Source of the DNA: Heterodontus francisci
Lineage: Eukaryota
Reading direction: 5' to 3'
Assembly (NCBI RefSeq): GCF_036365525.1
Contig: NC_090380.1
Span: 82,469,658 to 82,533,657, forward strand
Length of the DNA stretch: 64,000 bases
Translations under genes and position numbers: made by a program
The notes under the pieces: generated by a model
Seen by the model: the letters and a program-made list of their open reading frames with translations, nothing else
Databases searched by the model: none
Told to the model about the DNA's origin: nothing
Part shown: one piece after another, positions 39,328 through 51,300 of the stretch
How the letters are laid out: every line of letters starts with the position of its first letter
Numbering within the stretch: position 1 is the stretch's first letter

Positions 39328-42300
39328 GTGAGGGAGCTTACAATGTCTTCTTCTAATTCACATTTGAAAGTTTGCAAAAATATTCTCTTATTGTTTTATG
39401 CAACACAATACATGTCCAGATTTTGAAAGCTGAATGGGTATTAATTCCCCAAATTCATGGTCTTTATTCTTTCCTTCCCCGATCTGTCTCCTCTGATTGC
39501 CATTTTTACAGCCGGCTGTAAGATGAATGTAAAAGCAAAATACTGCAGATGTTGGAAATTGGAAGAAAAACAAGAAATGCTGTAAATACTCAACAGGTCT
39601 GGCAGCATCTGTGGAGAGAGAAGTGGAGTTAACGTTTCAGGTCAGTGACCCTTCATCAGAGTTCTGATGAAGGGTCACTGACCTGAAATATTAACTCCGC
39701 TTCTCTCTCCACAGATGCTGCCAGACCTGTTGAGTATTTGCAGCATTTTATGTAAGATGAATGTTCCTCACTTTTTCTCCTCTCCCCCCTTTATTGTTAC
39801 ATTGTAGCTGGTGTTAGTGCAGGGTTTTTAATCCCGTTAAATGTTGTTTTCTTACTGACAGATTAAACTTGTTCAGTTGAAATGAAGGTTCCATTGGAAA
39901 CGTTGAACAGACTTTCTCTTTCAGATGCTGATTAACCCCAGTTCTGCTTTGATTTCAAGTTTCTAGTATGGTTGTCTTTTCTTTTTATCTTGTCTGCAAA
40001 ATAATTTAAAATACAGACTTTATGTTTGTTTGTGGTGCTGTTAAGAGAAATTTCTACAAAAGAAGACTCTATTGGTACTGCAGCTGTTTAAATGTAATAA
40101 AATATGAAATGATTAAAAATGCATTTGGCTCATGAACCCATTCCAGAAGTGCCGTCGTTTGGATGAGACTTTAAACTGAGGCCCTGTCTGCTCTCAATCG
40201 GATGTAAAAGATCCCATAGCACTATTTGAAGAAGGACGTGGGCGTTTTCCCGCAGTGTCCTGGCCAATAATTATCCCTCAACCAACATCACTAAAACAAG
40301 ATTATCTCATCATTGGCTCATTGCTGTTTATGGGACCTTGCTGGGCACAACTTGGATGCTGCATTTCTTCAGTGGCTATAAAACATTATGGGATGTCCTA
40401 AGCTTCTGAAAGTCACTATATAAATCAAGTTCTTTCTTTTGCTCTTTCACTATCTGATGGCAATCATGGAAATATATACGGCAGGATTTTGGTGCCTATA
40501 TGGTGTTGGAACGGAGGCAGGCAGGTACAGAATTTCCTGATGCCGGTTGGCGTTCCAGTTCCCCTCCCCAGTCCCTGCAAGAGGCAGGAAGCTTAAGAGG
40601 CCAATTAAGGCCATTGATAAGAGGCTGACTAGAAAATGTCCCCCCAGCTTCGAGAGTTCACCTGATGCCCCTAATTGGCAAGTGCGCTCTCTAACCATTA
40701 ATTGGCCAATCCTTCCGAAATCATGTCAATTGACTGTTGCTGACACAGTGCAGGGTGGGGATCTAGATTTGATCCTGACATTGGAGTCCCGAGCCCAGAG
40801 GGGAAATCCTGCAGTTGGCTCCTAGTCAAGTAACATCTTGATTTTAAAATTCTCATCCTTGTTTTCAAATCCTTTCATGGCTTGATCCCTCCCTACTTCT
40901 GTAATCTCCTGTAGCCCCACAACCCTCTGAGATATCTGTGGTCCTCTAATTCTGGCCTCTTGTGCATCCCTGATTTTAATCGCTCCACCATTGTTTGCCA
41001 TGCCTTCAATTGCCTGGGCCACAAGCCCGGGAATACCTTCCCTACACCCCTCCGCCTCTCCACTGCACTTTCCTCCTTTAAGACACTCCTTAAAACCTAC
41101 CTCTTTGACTGAGCCTTTGTTCATCTGACCGAGTATCTCCTTCGGTAGCTCGGCATCATACTTTGTCTTGTAATGCTCCTGTAAACCTTGGGATGGTTTA
41201 TTACGCTAAAGGTGCTATATAAATATAAATTGTTATTGTTGTTGAGTGTACAGTGTACATAGAACATAGAACAGTACAGCACAGTACAGGCCCTTCGGCC
41301 CACGATGTTGTACCAAACCTTTAACCTACTCTAAGATCAAACTAACTACCTACCCTTCATTCTACTACCATCCATGTACCTATCCAAGAGTCGCTTAAAT
41401 ACCCCTAATGTATCTGCTTCTACTACCACCGCTGGCAGCGCATTCCATGCACCCATCACTCTCTGTGTAAAGAACCTACCTCTGACATGTCCCCGAAACC
41501 TTCCTCCAATCACCTTAAAATTATGCCCCCTGGTGATAGCCCTTTCCACCCTGGGAAAAAGTCTCTGGCTATCCACTCTATCTATGCCTCTCATCATCTT
41601 GTACCCCTCTATCAAGTCACCTCTCATCCTTCTTCGCTCCAATCAGAAAAGCCCTAGCTCCCTCAATCTTTCTTCGTAGGACATGCCCTCCAGTCCAGGC
41701 AGCATCCTGGTAAATCTCCTCTGCACCCTCTCTAAAGCTTCCACATCCTTCCTATAATGAGGCGACCAGAACTGAACACAATATTCCAAGTGTGGTCGAA
41801 CCAGGGCCTTATAGAGCTGCAGCATAACCTCGTGGCTCTTAAACTCAATCCCCCTGTTAATGAAAGCCAACACACCATATGCCTTCTTAACAACCCTATC
41901 AACTTGGGTGGCAACTTTGAGCGATCTATGGACATGGACCCCAAGATCCCTCTGTTCCTCCACACTACCAAGAATCCTGTCTTTAAGCCTGTATTCCACA
42001 TTCAAATTCGACCTTCCAAAATGAATCACTTCACACTTTTCCAGGTTGAACTCCATCTGCCACTTCTCAGCCCAGCTCTGCATCCTGTCAATGTCCCTTT
42101 GCAACCTACAACAGCCTTCCACACTATCTACAACTCCAGCAACCTTCGTGTCATCGGCAAACTTGCTAACCCAGCCTTCCACTTCCTCATCCAAGTCATT
42201 TATAAAAATCACAAAGAGCAGAGGTCCCAGAACAGATCCTTGTGGAACACCACTGGTCACCAAGCTCCATGCTGAATACTTTCCATCTACTACCACCCTC

Positions 42301-45300
42301 TGACCTCTATGGGCCAGCCAATTTTGTATCCAGACAGCCAACTTTCCCTGAATCCCATGCCTCCTTACTTTCTGAATGAGCCTACCATGGGGAACCTTAT
42401 TAAACGCCTTGCTAAAATCCATATACACCACATCCACTGCTCTTCCTTCATCAATGTGTTTTGTCACATCTTCAAAGAATTCAATAAGGCTTGTGAGGCA
42501 TGACCTGCCCCTTACAAAGCCATGCTGGCTGTCTCTAATCAAACCATGCTTTTCCAAATAATCATAAATCCTGTCTCTCAGAATCCTCTCCAATAATTTG
42601 CCCCCTACCAACATAAGACTGACTGGTCTATAATTCCCAGGGTTATCCCTATTCCCTTTCTTGAACAAGGGAACAACATTTACCACCCTCCAATCATCCG
42701 GTACTACTCCAGTGGACAGTGAAGACGCAAAGATCATCGCCAAAGGCGCAGCAATCTCTTCCCTCGCTTCCCATAATATCCTTGGGTATATCCCGTCTGG
42801 CCCCGGGGACTTATCTGTCCTCATATCATTCAAAATTTCCAGCACATCCTCCCTCTTAACCTCAACCTGTTCGAGCATATCAGCCTGTTTGACGCTGTCC
42901 TCACAAACTACCAGGTACCTCTTACTAGTGAATACTGAAGCAAAGTATTTATTTAGGACCTCCCCTACCTCCTCCGACTCCAGGCACAAGTTCCCTCCAC
43001 TATCCCTGATCAGCCCTACCCTCACTCTGGCCATCCTCTTGTTCCTCACATAAGTGTAGAACGCCTTGGGATTTTCCTTAATCCTACCCACCAAGACTTT
43101 TTCATGTCCCCTTCTAGCTCTCCTAAGTCCATTCTTCAGTTCCTTCCTGGCTACCTTGTAACCCTCTAGAGCCCTGTCTGATCCTTGCTTCCTCAACCTT
43201 AAGTAAGCTTCCTTCTTCCTCTTGACTAGCTGTTCCACATCTCTTGTCATCCAAGGTTCCTTCACCCTACCATCCCTTCCCTGCCTCATTGGGACAAACC
43301 TATCCAGCAGTCGCAGCAAGTGCTCCCTAAACAACCTCCACATTTCCGTCGTGCATTTCCCTGAGAACATCTGTTCCCAATTTATGCTCCCCAGTTCCTG
43401 CCTAATAGCATTGTAATTCCCCCTCCCCCAATTAAATATTTTCCCATCCCTTCTGCTCCTGTCCCTCTCCATGACTATAGTAAAGGTCAGGGAGTTGTGA
43501 TCACTATCACTGAAATGCTCTCCCACCGAGAGATCTGCCACCTGGCCTGGCTCGTTGCCAAGCACCAAGTCCAACATAGTCTCCCCTCTAGTCAGCCTAT
43601 CTACATATTGAGTCAGGAAACCTTCCTGGACACACCTGACAAAAACTGCTTCATTCAAACTATTTGCACTAAGGAGGTTCCAATCAATATTAGGGAAGTT
43701 GAAGTCACCCATGACAACAACCCTGTTACTTCTGCACCTTTCCAGAATCTGCCTCCCAATCTGTTCCTCCATGTCTCTGTTGCTAATGGGGGTCTATAGA
43801 AAACTCCCAATAAAGTGACTGCTCCTTTCCTGTTTCTGACTTCCACACATAATGACTCAGTAGACAAACCCTCCTCGACGACCTCCCTTTCTGCAGCTGT
43901 GATACTATCCCTGATTAACAATGCCACTCCCCCACCTCTTTTACCTCCCTCCCTATTCCTTTTGAAATGTCTAAACCCCGGAACATCCAACATCCATTCC
44001 TGCCCCTGTGATATCCACGTCTCCGTAATGGCCACAACATCGTAGCTCCAAGTACTGATCCATGCTCTAAGTTCATCACCCTTATTCCTGACACTTCTTG
44101 CGTTAAAATAGACACACTTCAACCCTTCATACTGGCTGCAACTTTGCCCTGTCAACTGTCTAACCTTCCTCACAGACTCTCTGCACTCGATATCTGCCTG
44201 TTCAACAGCTACCCCATCCACTGATCCGTGGCTCCAGTTCCCATCCCCCTGCCAAACTAGTTTAAACCCTCCCAAAGAGCTCTAGCAAACCTCCCGCCCA
44301 GGATATTGGTGTCCCTCCAGTTCAGATGCAACCCGTCCTTCTTGTACAGGTCCCAACTTCCCCAGAAGGTATCCCAATGATCCACATATCTGAATCCCTC
44401 CCTCCTACACCAGTTCTGTAGCCACGTGTTCAGCTGCACTCGCTCCCTGTTTCTAGCCTCACTAGCACGTGGCACCGGTAACAATCCTGAGATTACTACT
44501 CTGCTCGTCCTGCCTTTCAGCTTCCAACCTAACTCCCTATATTCGCTTTTCAGGTCCTCATCCCTTTTCCTAGCTATATCATTGGTACCAATATGTACTA
44601 CGACCTCTGGCTGCTCCCCCTCCCCCTTAAGAATCCTGTGGACTCGATCCGAGACATCCCTGACCCTGGCACCCGGGAGGCAACATACCATCCGGGAGTC
44701 TCGTTCGCGACCACAGAATCTCCTGTCTGTTCCTCTAACCATTGAATCTCCTATCACTATCGCTCTCCTATTCTCCCCCCTTCCCTTCTGAGCCACTGAG
44801 CCAGGCTCAATGCCAGAGACCTGGCCACTGTGGTTTTCCTCTGGTAGGCACCCCCCCGACCGTATTCAAAATGGTATACGTATTATTGAGGGGAACGGCC
44901 ACAGGGGATCCCTGCACTGTGCGCCTATTCCCTTTCCCTCCCCTGACGGTCACCCAGCTATCTTTATCCTGTAACTTAGGCGTCACTACTTCCCTGTAAC
45001 TGCTCGCTATCACCCCCTCAGCATCCTGAATGATCCGAAGTTCATCCAACTCCAGCTCCAGTTCCCTAACGCGGTCTGCGAGGAGCTGGAGTTGGGTGCA
45101 CTTCTCACAGGTGAAGTCAGCAGGGACACCAGTGGTGACCCTCACCTCCCACATCCTGCAAGAGGAGCATGCAACTGCCCTAGCTTCCATCCCCTCCGCA
45201 CTAAATTGACAACAGAGATTTAAAAAAAAGGAAAACCTTACCTTACCAAACCCTCCACACAAGAGTCCTTTTTTTTTGGTTAGAGGAGGAGGATGGGTGG

Positions 45301-48300
45301 GAGACATTACACATGTAGTGTTTCGGGGTTAGTCACTGCCCGAATATATAGGTTTACTTACCCAGCAGTCCCCGTGTCCGCCGAAACAAAAGATAAGTTA
45401 TTTTAAACTGAAACTCACCTTCCCAGCTGACACCTCGCTCGCACTATCGCTGCTTCAGAAAAAGCTGCTGAAACAAAAGGTAAGTTATTCTCAAGGTAAG
45501 TTTATTCTAAATTTTCTTTGGAAATGCGAATGTGCCGTTTCTGTAAAATTGACAGTGGCTGATTATCATTACTAGGACTGGATTTTATGCAGGAGGTGGG
45601 GCTCCCGGCACCGGGCCAAAAAGACAGGGGGAACCCAGCCTCTGCATTTTTTCTGACCCCCGGAGTAATCCTCTGGTCTTTTGGGGTCAAAGTTTAAGGA
45701 GACAGGATCCCCATCCCTTTAAACACTTTAATAGGGATGAGGATCCCACCTCCAAGAGCTGCCGGCCAATCAGAGGGCCAGCAGCTCAACAGTATGGGCA
45801 GCATCACCGGGAGCGATGGCCACTACCGGTACTGCAGAGGCCTCGGACCCAGGCCCAACGTTGGAAATCCGGACCTGAGGTAGGTGAGGCGGGGTCGCTG
45901 GAGCCGGACAAGGGGGATTTGGGGGGGCGTGGTCATTCGGTCCAAGGGGAGCGGGGTCCCAGGGGGGTACAGTGGTGCCTGTGGGTGACCTCTATGGGCC
46001 AAGAATTGCCCATGAAGGGGGGACGTAAGATCCCAGCGGCAGGAAGAGGCCCTTAATTGGATGTCAATAGGCCACTTAAGGGCCTCAATTGGCCTCTGGG
46101 TGGGAAGGCCGCGTCAGCCTATCCTGCTCCCAGAAAGAGTGCACCCAGCAATCCCAGTGTCAGGTTCCATGGTGGACGCTGCTGCTCCAATTCTCGGTCC
46201 CCCCACTGCCACCCACCCCCCCCCCCAACCACGGAACCTGACGTCAGGCTGGGAACAAAATCCAACTCCTAGTGTGTGATTTAGAACTCGTGCTAATTGC
46301 ACCAGAATTGTTATTTTAATAGCCCTCAAACTTTGCGATATTATTAACAACTCCAGGTAGAGATTTGAACAGGGGCAGGGAGCACATTAGTGCTGGGAGC
46401 ACAAAATCATGTTACCAAAGTAATGCAAACATTTTGATATAGAGAAAGAAATTTCATTTATACAGTAACGTACCATGTCTCTCAGAAATATTGCAAAGCA
46501 CAACATATATAATGAATTACATTGCGCAACCATTATTTTTATGGTTAAACATGACTGCTGTTTTACACTCAGCAAGTTCCCACAAACAACAGAGATGAAT
46601 GAATCTGGTTATTTTGATGGTGGTTGAGAGAGGAATACTGACCAGAATATTATCATCTCATCTTCATCTTTGGCCTCCTTGTCTCGAGAGACAATGGGTA
46701 AGCGCCTGGAGGTGGTCAGTGGTTTGTGAAGCAGCGCCTGGAGTGACTATAAAGGCCAATTCTAGAGTGGCAGACTCTTCCACAAGTGCTGCAGATAAAA
46801 TTGTTTGTCGGGGCTGTTACACAGTTGGCTCTCCCCTTGCGCTTCTGTCTTTTTTCCTGCCAACTGCTAAGTCTCTTCGACTCGCCACGCTTTAGCCCCG
46901 CCTTTATGTTTGCCCGCCAGCTCTGGCGATTGCTGGCAACTGACTCCCACGACTTGTGATCAATGTCACAGGACTTCATGTCGCGTTTACAGACGTCTTT
47001 AAAGCGGAGACAAGGACGGCCGGTGGGTCTGATACCAGTGTCGAGCTGGCTGTACAATGTATCCTCGGGGATCCTGCCATCTTCCATGCAGCTCACATGG
47101 CCAAGCCATCTCAGGCACCGCTGGGTATTCAATGGATTCACAAAAGAATTAGAAGAATATCATTGCTAAGAAACTCTTCTGGTAAACTGAAAAAAGACAA
47201 AAATGCCGTAAATAACTGAAATTACTCCGGGCTTTTCTTAAAAATGAATTTTCTAATCTTTGAAAGTTTAATTTTCAAAAGTAGAGTATTCTATGAATTT
47301 GGTGCTTTGTTTTGTGATGGTTTAATGGGGCAAACAGTGTTTCGGGGTACACTGTACAGTGCCCACTAGGTTTGTACCTGTGTGCCATTGTATAAGGTTA
47401 TACAACACTCCACAGGTTATACTGGTAGATTCATTTGGGGAGATTTTAACACTGCCCTCCTGATGGAAACAGGTGAGCTGACAGTTAAACTCACCCATGG
47501 GACTTACTCACCAAGATCTTCATGTGGGTTCTAATTTTAACCTGCTCTTCTGAGCAGACAAGAGAGACGTTTGCTGAAACCTGGTGGGGTCCTCCTTAAA
47601 TAGGCAATTCGGGTACTGATGATGCCATTGAGGCCCCACTGTGATTTTAACTAGAGGCTTGTACAGGGAAGTTGGTATTCTTGTTAGGCTAGTCTACCAG
47701 CAAGAGTAGGGGCCAGAAGAGGTCCAAAAACGAAGTCTTTTTAATTTTTTTGATTTCCTGGTGAGTCCAGGAGGAGCAGGAGCTCTCCTGCAATCCTGAA
47801 CTTCCAAAGATATTCTGGGCATTTAGTACCTGATTTCAAGAATATTAAGAGCATGTTGCATTCTCTTAGCAAACAAACATAAAATCAGCAGTGTGTGAAT
47901 ATTGGAGTGAAGTGATTACCATCAAAATGAACTGAACCTGGATTTTAAATGGGTTGATTTGTGATATGTGAGCAGGGTGATGGGTTGTTCATGTTAGATT
48001 TTCTGGATTAACTAATTATCATTTTTTTTTTGTTCCAAGTAAAAAGCCAAAACCTGACAGCTTCCCAGAGACCATCTGTGATCAAAGCATTAAAAGGACA
48101 GACAGTGAAGATAAACTGTTCATACAGCTATGAAAATGGAGAACAGTTGAGGATTAAATGGAAAAGAAAAGACAGTGCACAAGGGATTTGTGATTACACT
48201 TACAATAAAAATAATGCAAAATATACATTATGGCATTGTACAGGACATGCTAATATTACAGTGGACCTCTCAACAAACTCGTCATCTTTAATAATCTACG

Positions 48301-51300
48301 ATCTTCACTTAAATGACTCCACCATTTACATCTGTCAGGTTTCTATTGAAATACCTCCCCCTACACAAATAGCAGAAGGTAAAGGCACACGCCTCACAGT
48401 GGAAGGTGAGTTTAACATAGTGACGGCTCACGATGTAAATTGACACCAAAATTGAAAAGAAGGACTTGCTCTTACAACATTACAAAAAATATTTAATTGG
48501 CTCTGAAGTGCTTAAGAATGTCCTAAGATCCTGAAAGACACTATATACATGCAAGTTCTTTCTTTCTGTTTTGTTAGATGGCTCCAAGTTTGGGTTTTTA
48601 AACCATGCAGGTTAGAAGAAGAGAGGACTGTTGGGAAGTGTTTTAATCCAGGAGTGAGTTGTATCAATGAGATGGAAAAGAGAAAAGATTTGCTCATAGA
48701 GAAAGAATTTGAAGGTTCGAAGTATGAAAAAGATAGGTTATTTTTTCTTCTCAATAAATGTGAAAGAGATGCTGGAAGAGCCTCCTGAGATATTCGGGCA
48801 GGTGTTCAGGTTTAGAATGAATTTGGAGTCAGTACAGTTTTAAACATGGGGGAGAAATTGATCTGGGGCGGTAGTTCAAAATAAGCCTTGACACATTGGC
48901 AGCCCATTTTACACGCTGACCATTTATTTTAGGACAGCACTGGGTGGAGCATGCACAGCACATATTCTGCTCAGTATCAGCTGGTGGTCCCGCTGAAGAG
49001 AAAGAAAAGACTTGGACTTATGCAGAACCTTCCAGAGGAGATAGTGAATGTCAACAGAGGAAGGAAGAAAATTTATGTAGTGCTTGATCACATCCCAAAG
49101 TGCTTCACATCCAGTGGATTATTTTTCAAAGTGTTATCACTATTGTACATAGGCAAATACAGCAAGATCCCATAAATGACAGATAAGACGAGTAACCAAT
49201 TAATCAGTTTTTGATGGTATTAGTTGAGGAGGAGATGTTGACTAGGAAACCAGAAGAATTTACTGCTCTTCTTCACATAGTACAATGGGAATTTTACATC
49301 CGCTTGGATGGGCAGACAGGACCTTTACTGTGCCTCTGACAATGCAAGACTCCCTCAGCACTGCATTGACATGTTAGACTAAAACTATGTGGTCGTCCGG
49401 TAAGGGCTGGATTTTAAGCAGCCCTCGACGTTGGGGGTAGGGGGTGGGTGGGGGGGGGGGCGTAGCGACGGGGTGTTGGGGAGACCTGAAGATGGCTCCG
49501 GATGAGGTCTTCCATGGACCTCGACACTGGCAGGGCCCGGCCTGATCTTCTTGGTGGCAGCAAGACACCTTGGCAGCTTCCCCCGCTGCTCAGCGACGGG
49601 ACCACAATAGCCATATTCAAATTAATAAAATTAATGGATCTACACATACTTACCTCAGATCTTGAAGGTCCACCGGCACTCCTGCGCCTTCGGATCCCCA
49701 GTGGGGATGGGAGAGGAGGTAGGTTTATCAGTGAGGGGGCGTTGGGGGTGGGGGGAGCAGGGTCAAATAAACGTCATGGGTGTAGGGGATGGTGGGAAGG
49801 GTTGTACTTTAAACTTTGTACAGTTTGTGGGGGGGGGGTGGTGGTGGTTAAGGTCAGATGTTAAAGGTAAGTATTTTGGGAGGGGAAGAGCAAATAGTTA
49901 ATGTAATTATTATTGGGGGGGTGGAAGAGGAACAAAAGAAATGTATATATTTAATTTTATTCACTATGTCTTTAAATATTTAAATAAGCCATTAGGGCTG
50001 ACTGTACAGGCAGCTGACACCATTTGTGGGGACTGACAGCCCGCTGACTCCATGTGATTGGCGGGAGCGGGTCGCCCGACTATTTAACTAAGCTGCCGCG
50101 CTTAAGATCGCGGTAGTTCTTTGGCGTGCAGCCCGCCATTTTTTGAGCTCGCCACCAAAGAATCCAGCCCCTAGAGTGGGATTTGAATACACAACCTTCT
50201 GACTCAAAAATGAATGATTTGACTATGGATGGAGCCAAGGGTAAGAACCAATGATTTGTTGGACTTTGACAACTTAAAAGCTCAATACATTTATAACACT
50301 TTTAATTTTATAATTTTATGAAGTTTCTATCTCACAAGTCAGCATTTTTTCAATATGTTCCAGTAACAGAATTTACAAGGACAGGAAGCATATGCTGGAC
50401 AATCTATTTCACATCTTGAATAGACAGAGTATGCTTCAAAGACAATTTTTTCTCAGAATCAGTAGATCGCCAATAGATGACATGCTACATTCCATTATCG
50501 GCACAATAATCTAAAGCTCCACGTACTCAAGTGGGGGAAGAGGAATCACAGCAGCCATTTTGTGCATGTACTGGCCATGTAGTCTGCTGCTGTTTTGGTC
50601 ATTATTAATTTCATGATCACCATATTGTGCAAAATGATGCAGCTGCTCTCAGCTGAACTAAAAAGAAAATAACTAAAGTAAACCAACATATGTCGATACA
50701 TCAAGCTGGTAACATTAACGGTCTCCTCGTTAAAAGGAATAACATAAAGATGAACTAAAATTTTGACCTGGATTCACAGTTATTCCCATCAATAACATGT
50801 GGCTGAATTTTCCTGGCCCATTGGAGACAGGCTGGGAGGCGGGAGGGCTGGCAATATGGTGGGGAAAGGCATTGGGAGGGGAACCTGATATCTTCCTGCT
50901 GCCACGGCATATTGCCAGCAACGGGAACCTTAGAGGCATGGCCAACTGAACCACTTAATGGACAAATGAGGGCCATCTCCTGCCACGGTGAAAACCCACT
51001 GCTACGTGGGGAGACTGCCAGGTAAATGCTGGCAGCCTCCCAGCATGTTTGTAGGGGACTCCCTCTTTAACAGGTGCTTCACAACCCACAAATGCCCCCC
51101 CTGGCGGCAACAACCTCACCGCCCCAACAGCGCCACCGCACCCGCCCCCCCCCCCCACCCATCACTGGGGCCTGCCTGCCTGGCCTTGACTTCCCCAAAG
51201 ACACTTACATATCTTCGAGGGCGCCTTACCATTGAGGTGCCCTCATCCTATAGCCGCAGCCTCAGCACTGCCACTGCTTGTGGTGTGGCTGCTGAGGCTG

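Larger units (their letters stand above)
41257..45500 (-). mobile_element. Near full-length CR1 LINE (HER1-like): ORF1 zinc-finger/leucine-zipper + SGNH esterase, ORF2 APE endonuclease-RT
   Basis: ORF1 from ATG 45190 (CSSC...CEKC, GDSMVRG, HIGTND, DGLHLN). ORF2 ~44256-41346 (YFNARS, ITETW, GDFN, SDH, YMDFSKAF, FADD). (TTCTATG)n tail. About 3 disabling lesions. Confidence 0.93.

Noticed and set aside
48395-48433. Perfect RSS heptamer CACAGTG inside the J-like strand of the V exon
   Set aside because: No ACAAAAACC-like nonamer at 12- or 23-bp spacing (aacatagtg; ggctcacga). The heptamer simply overlaps the Leu-Thr-Val codons and lies after, not before, the J-like motif.
48030-48443. ORF-track 137-aa single-exon product (and 53148-53495, 115 aa)
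   Set aside because: These ORFs run through splice sites. The real units are the spliced exons, and the tail of the 53148 ORF is antisense SINE sequence.
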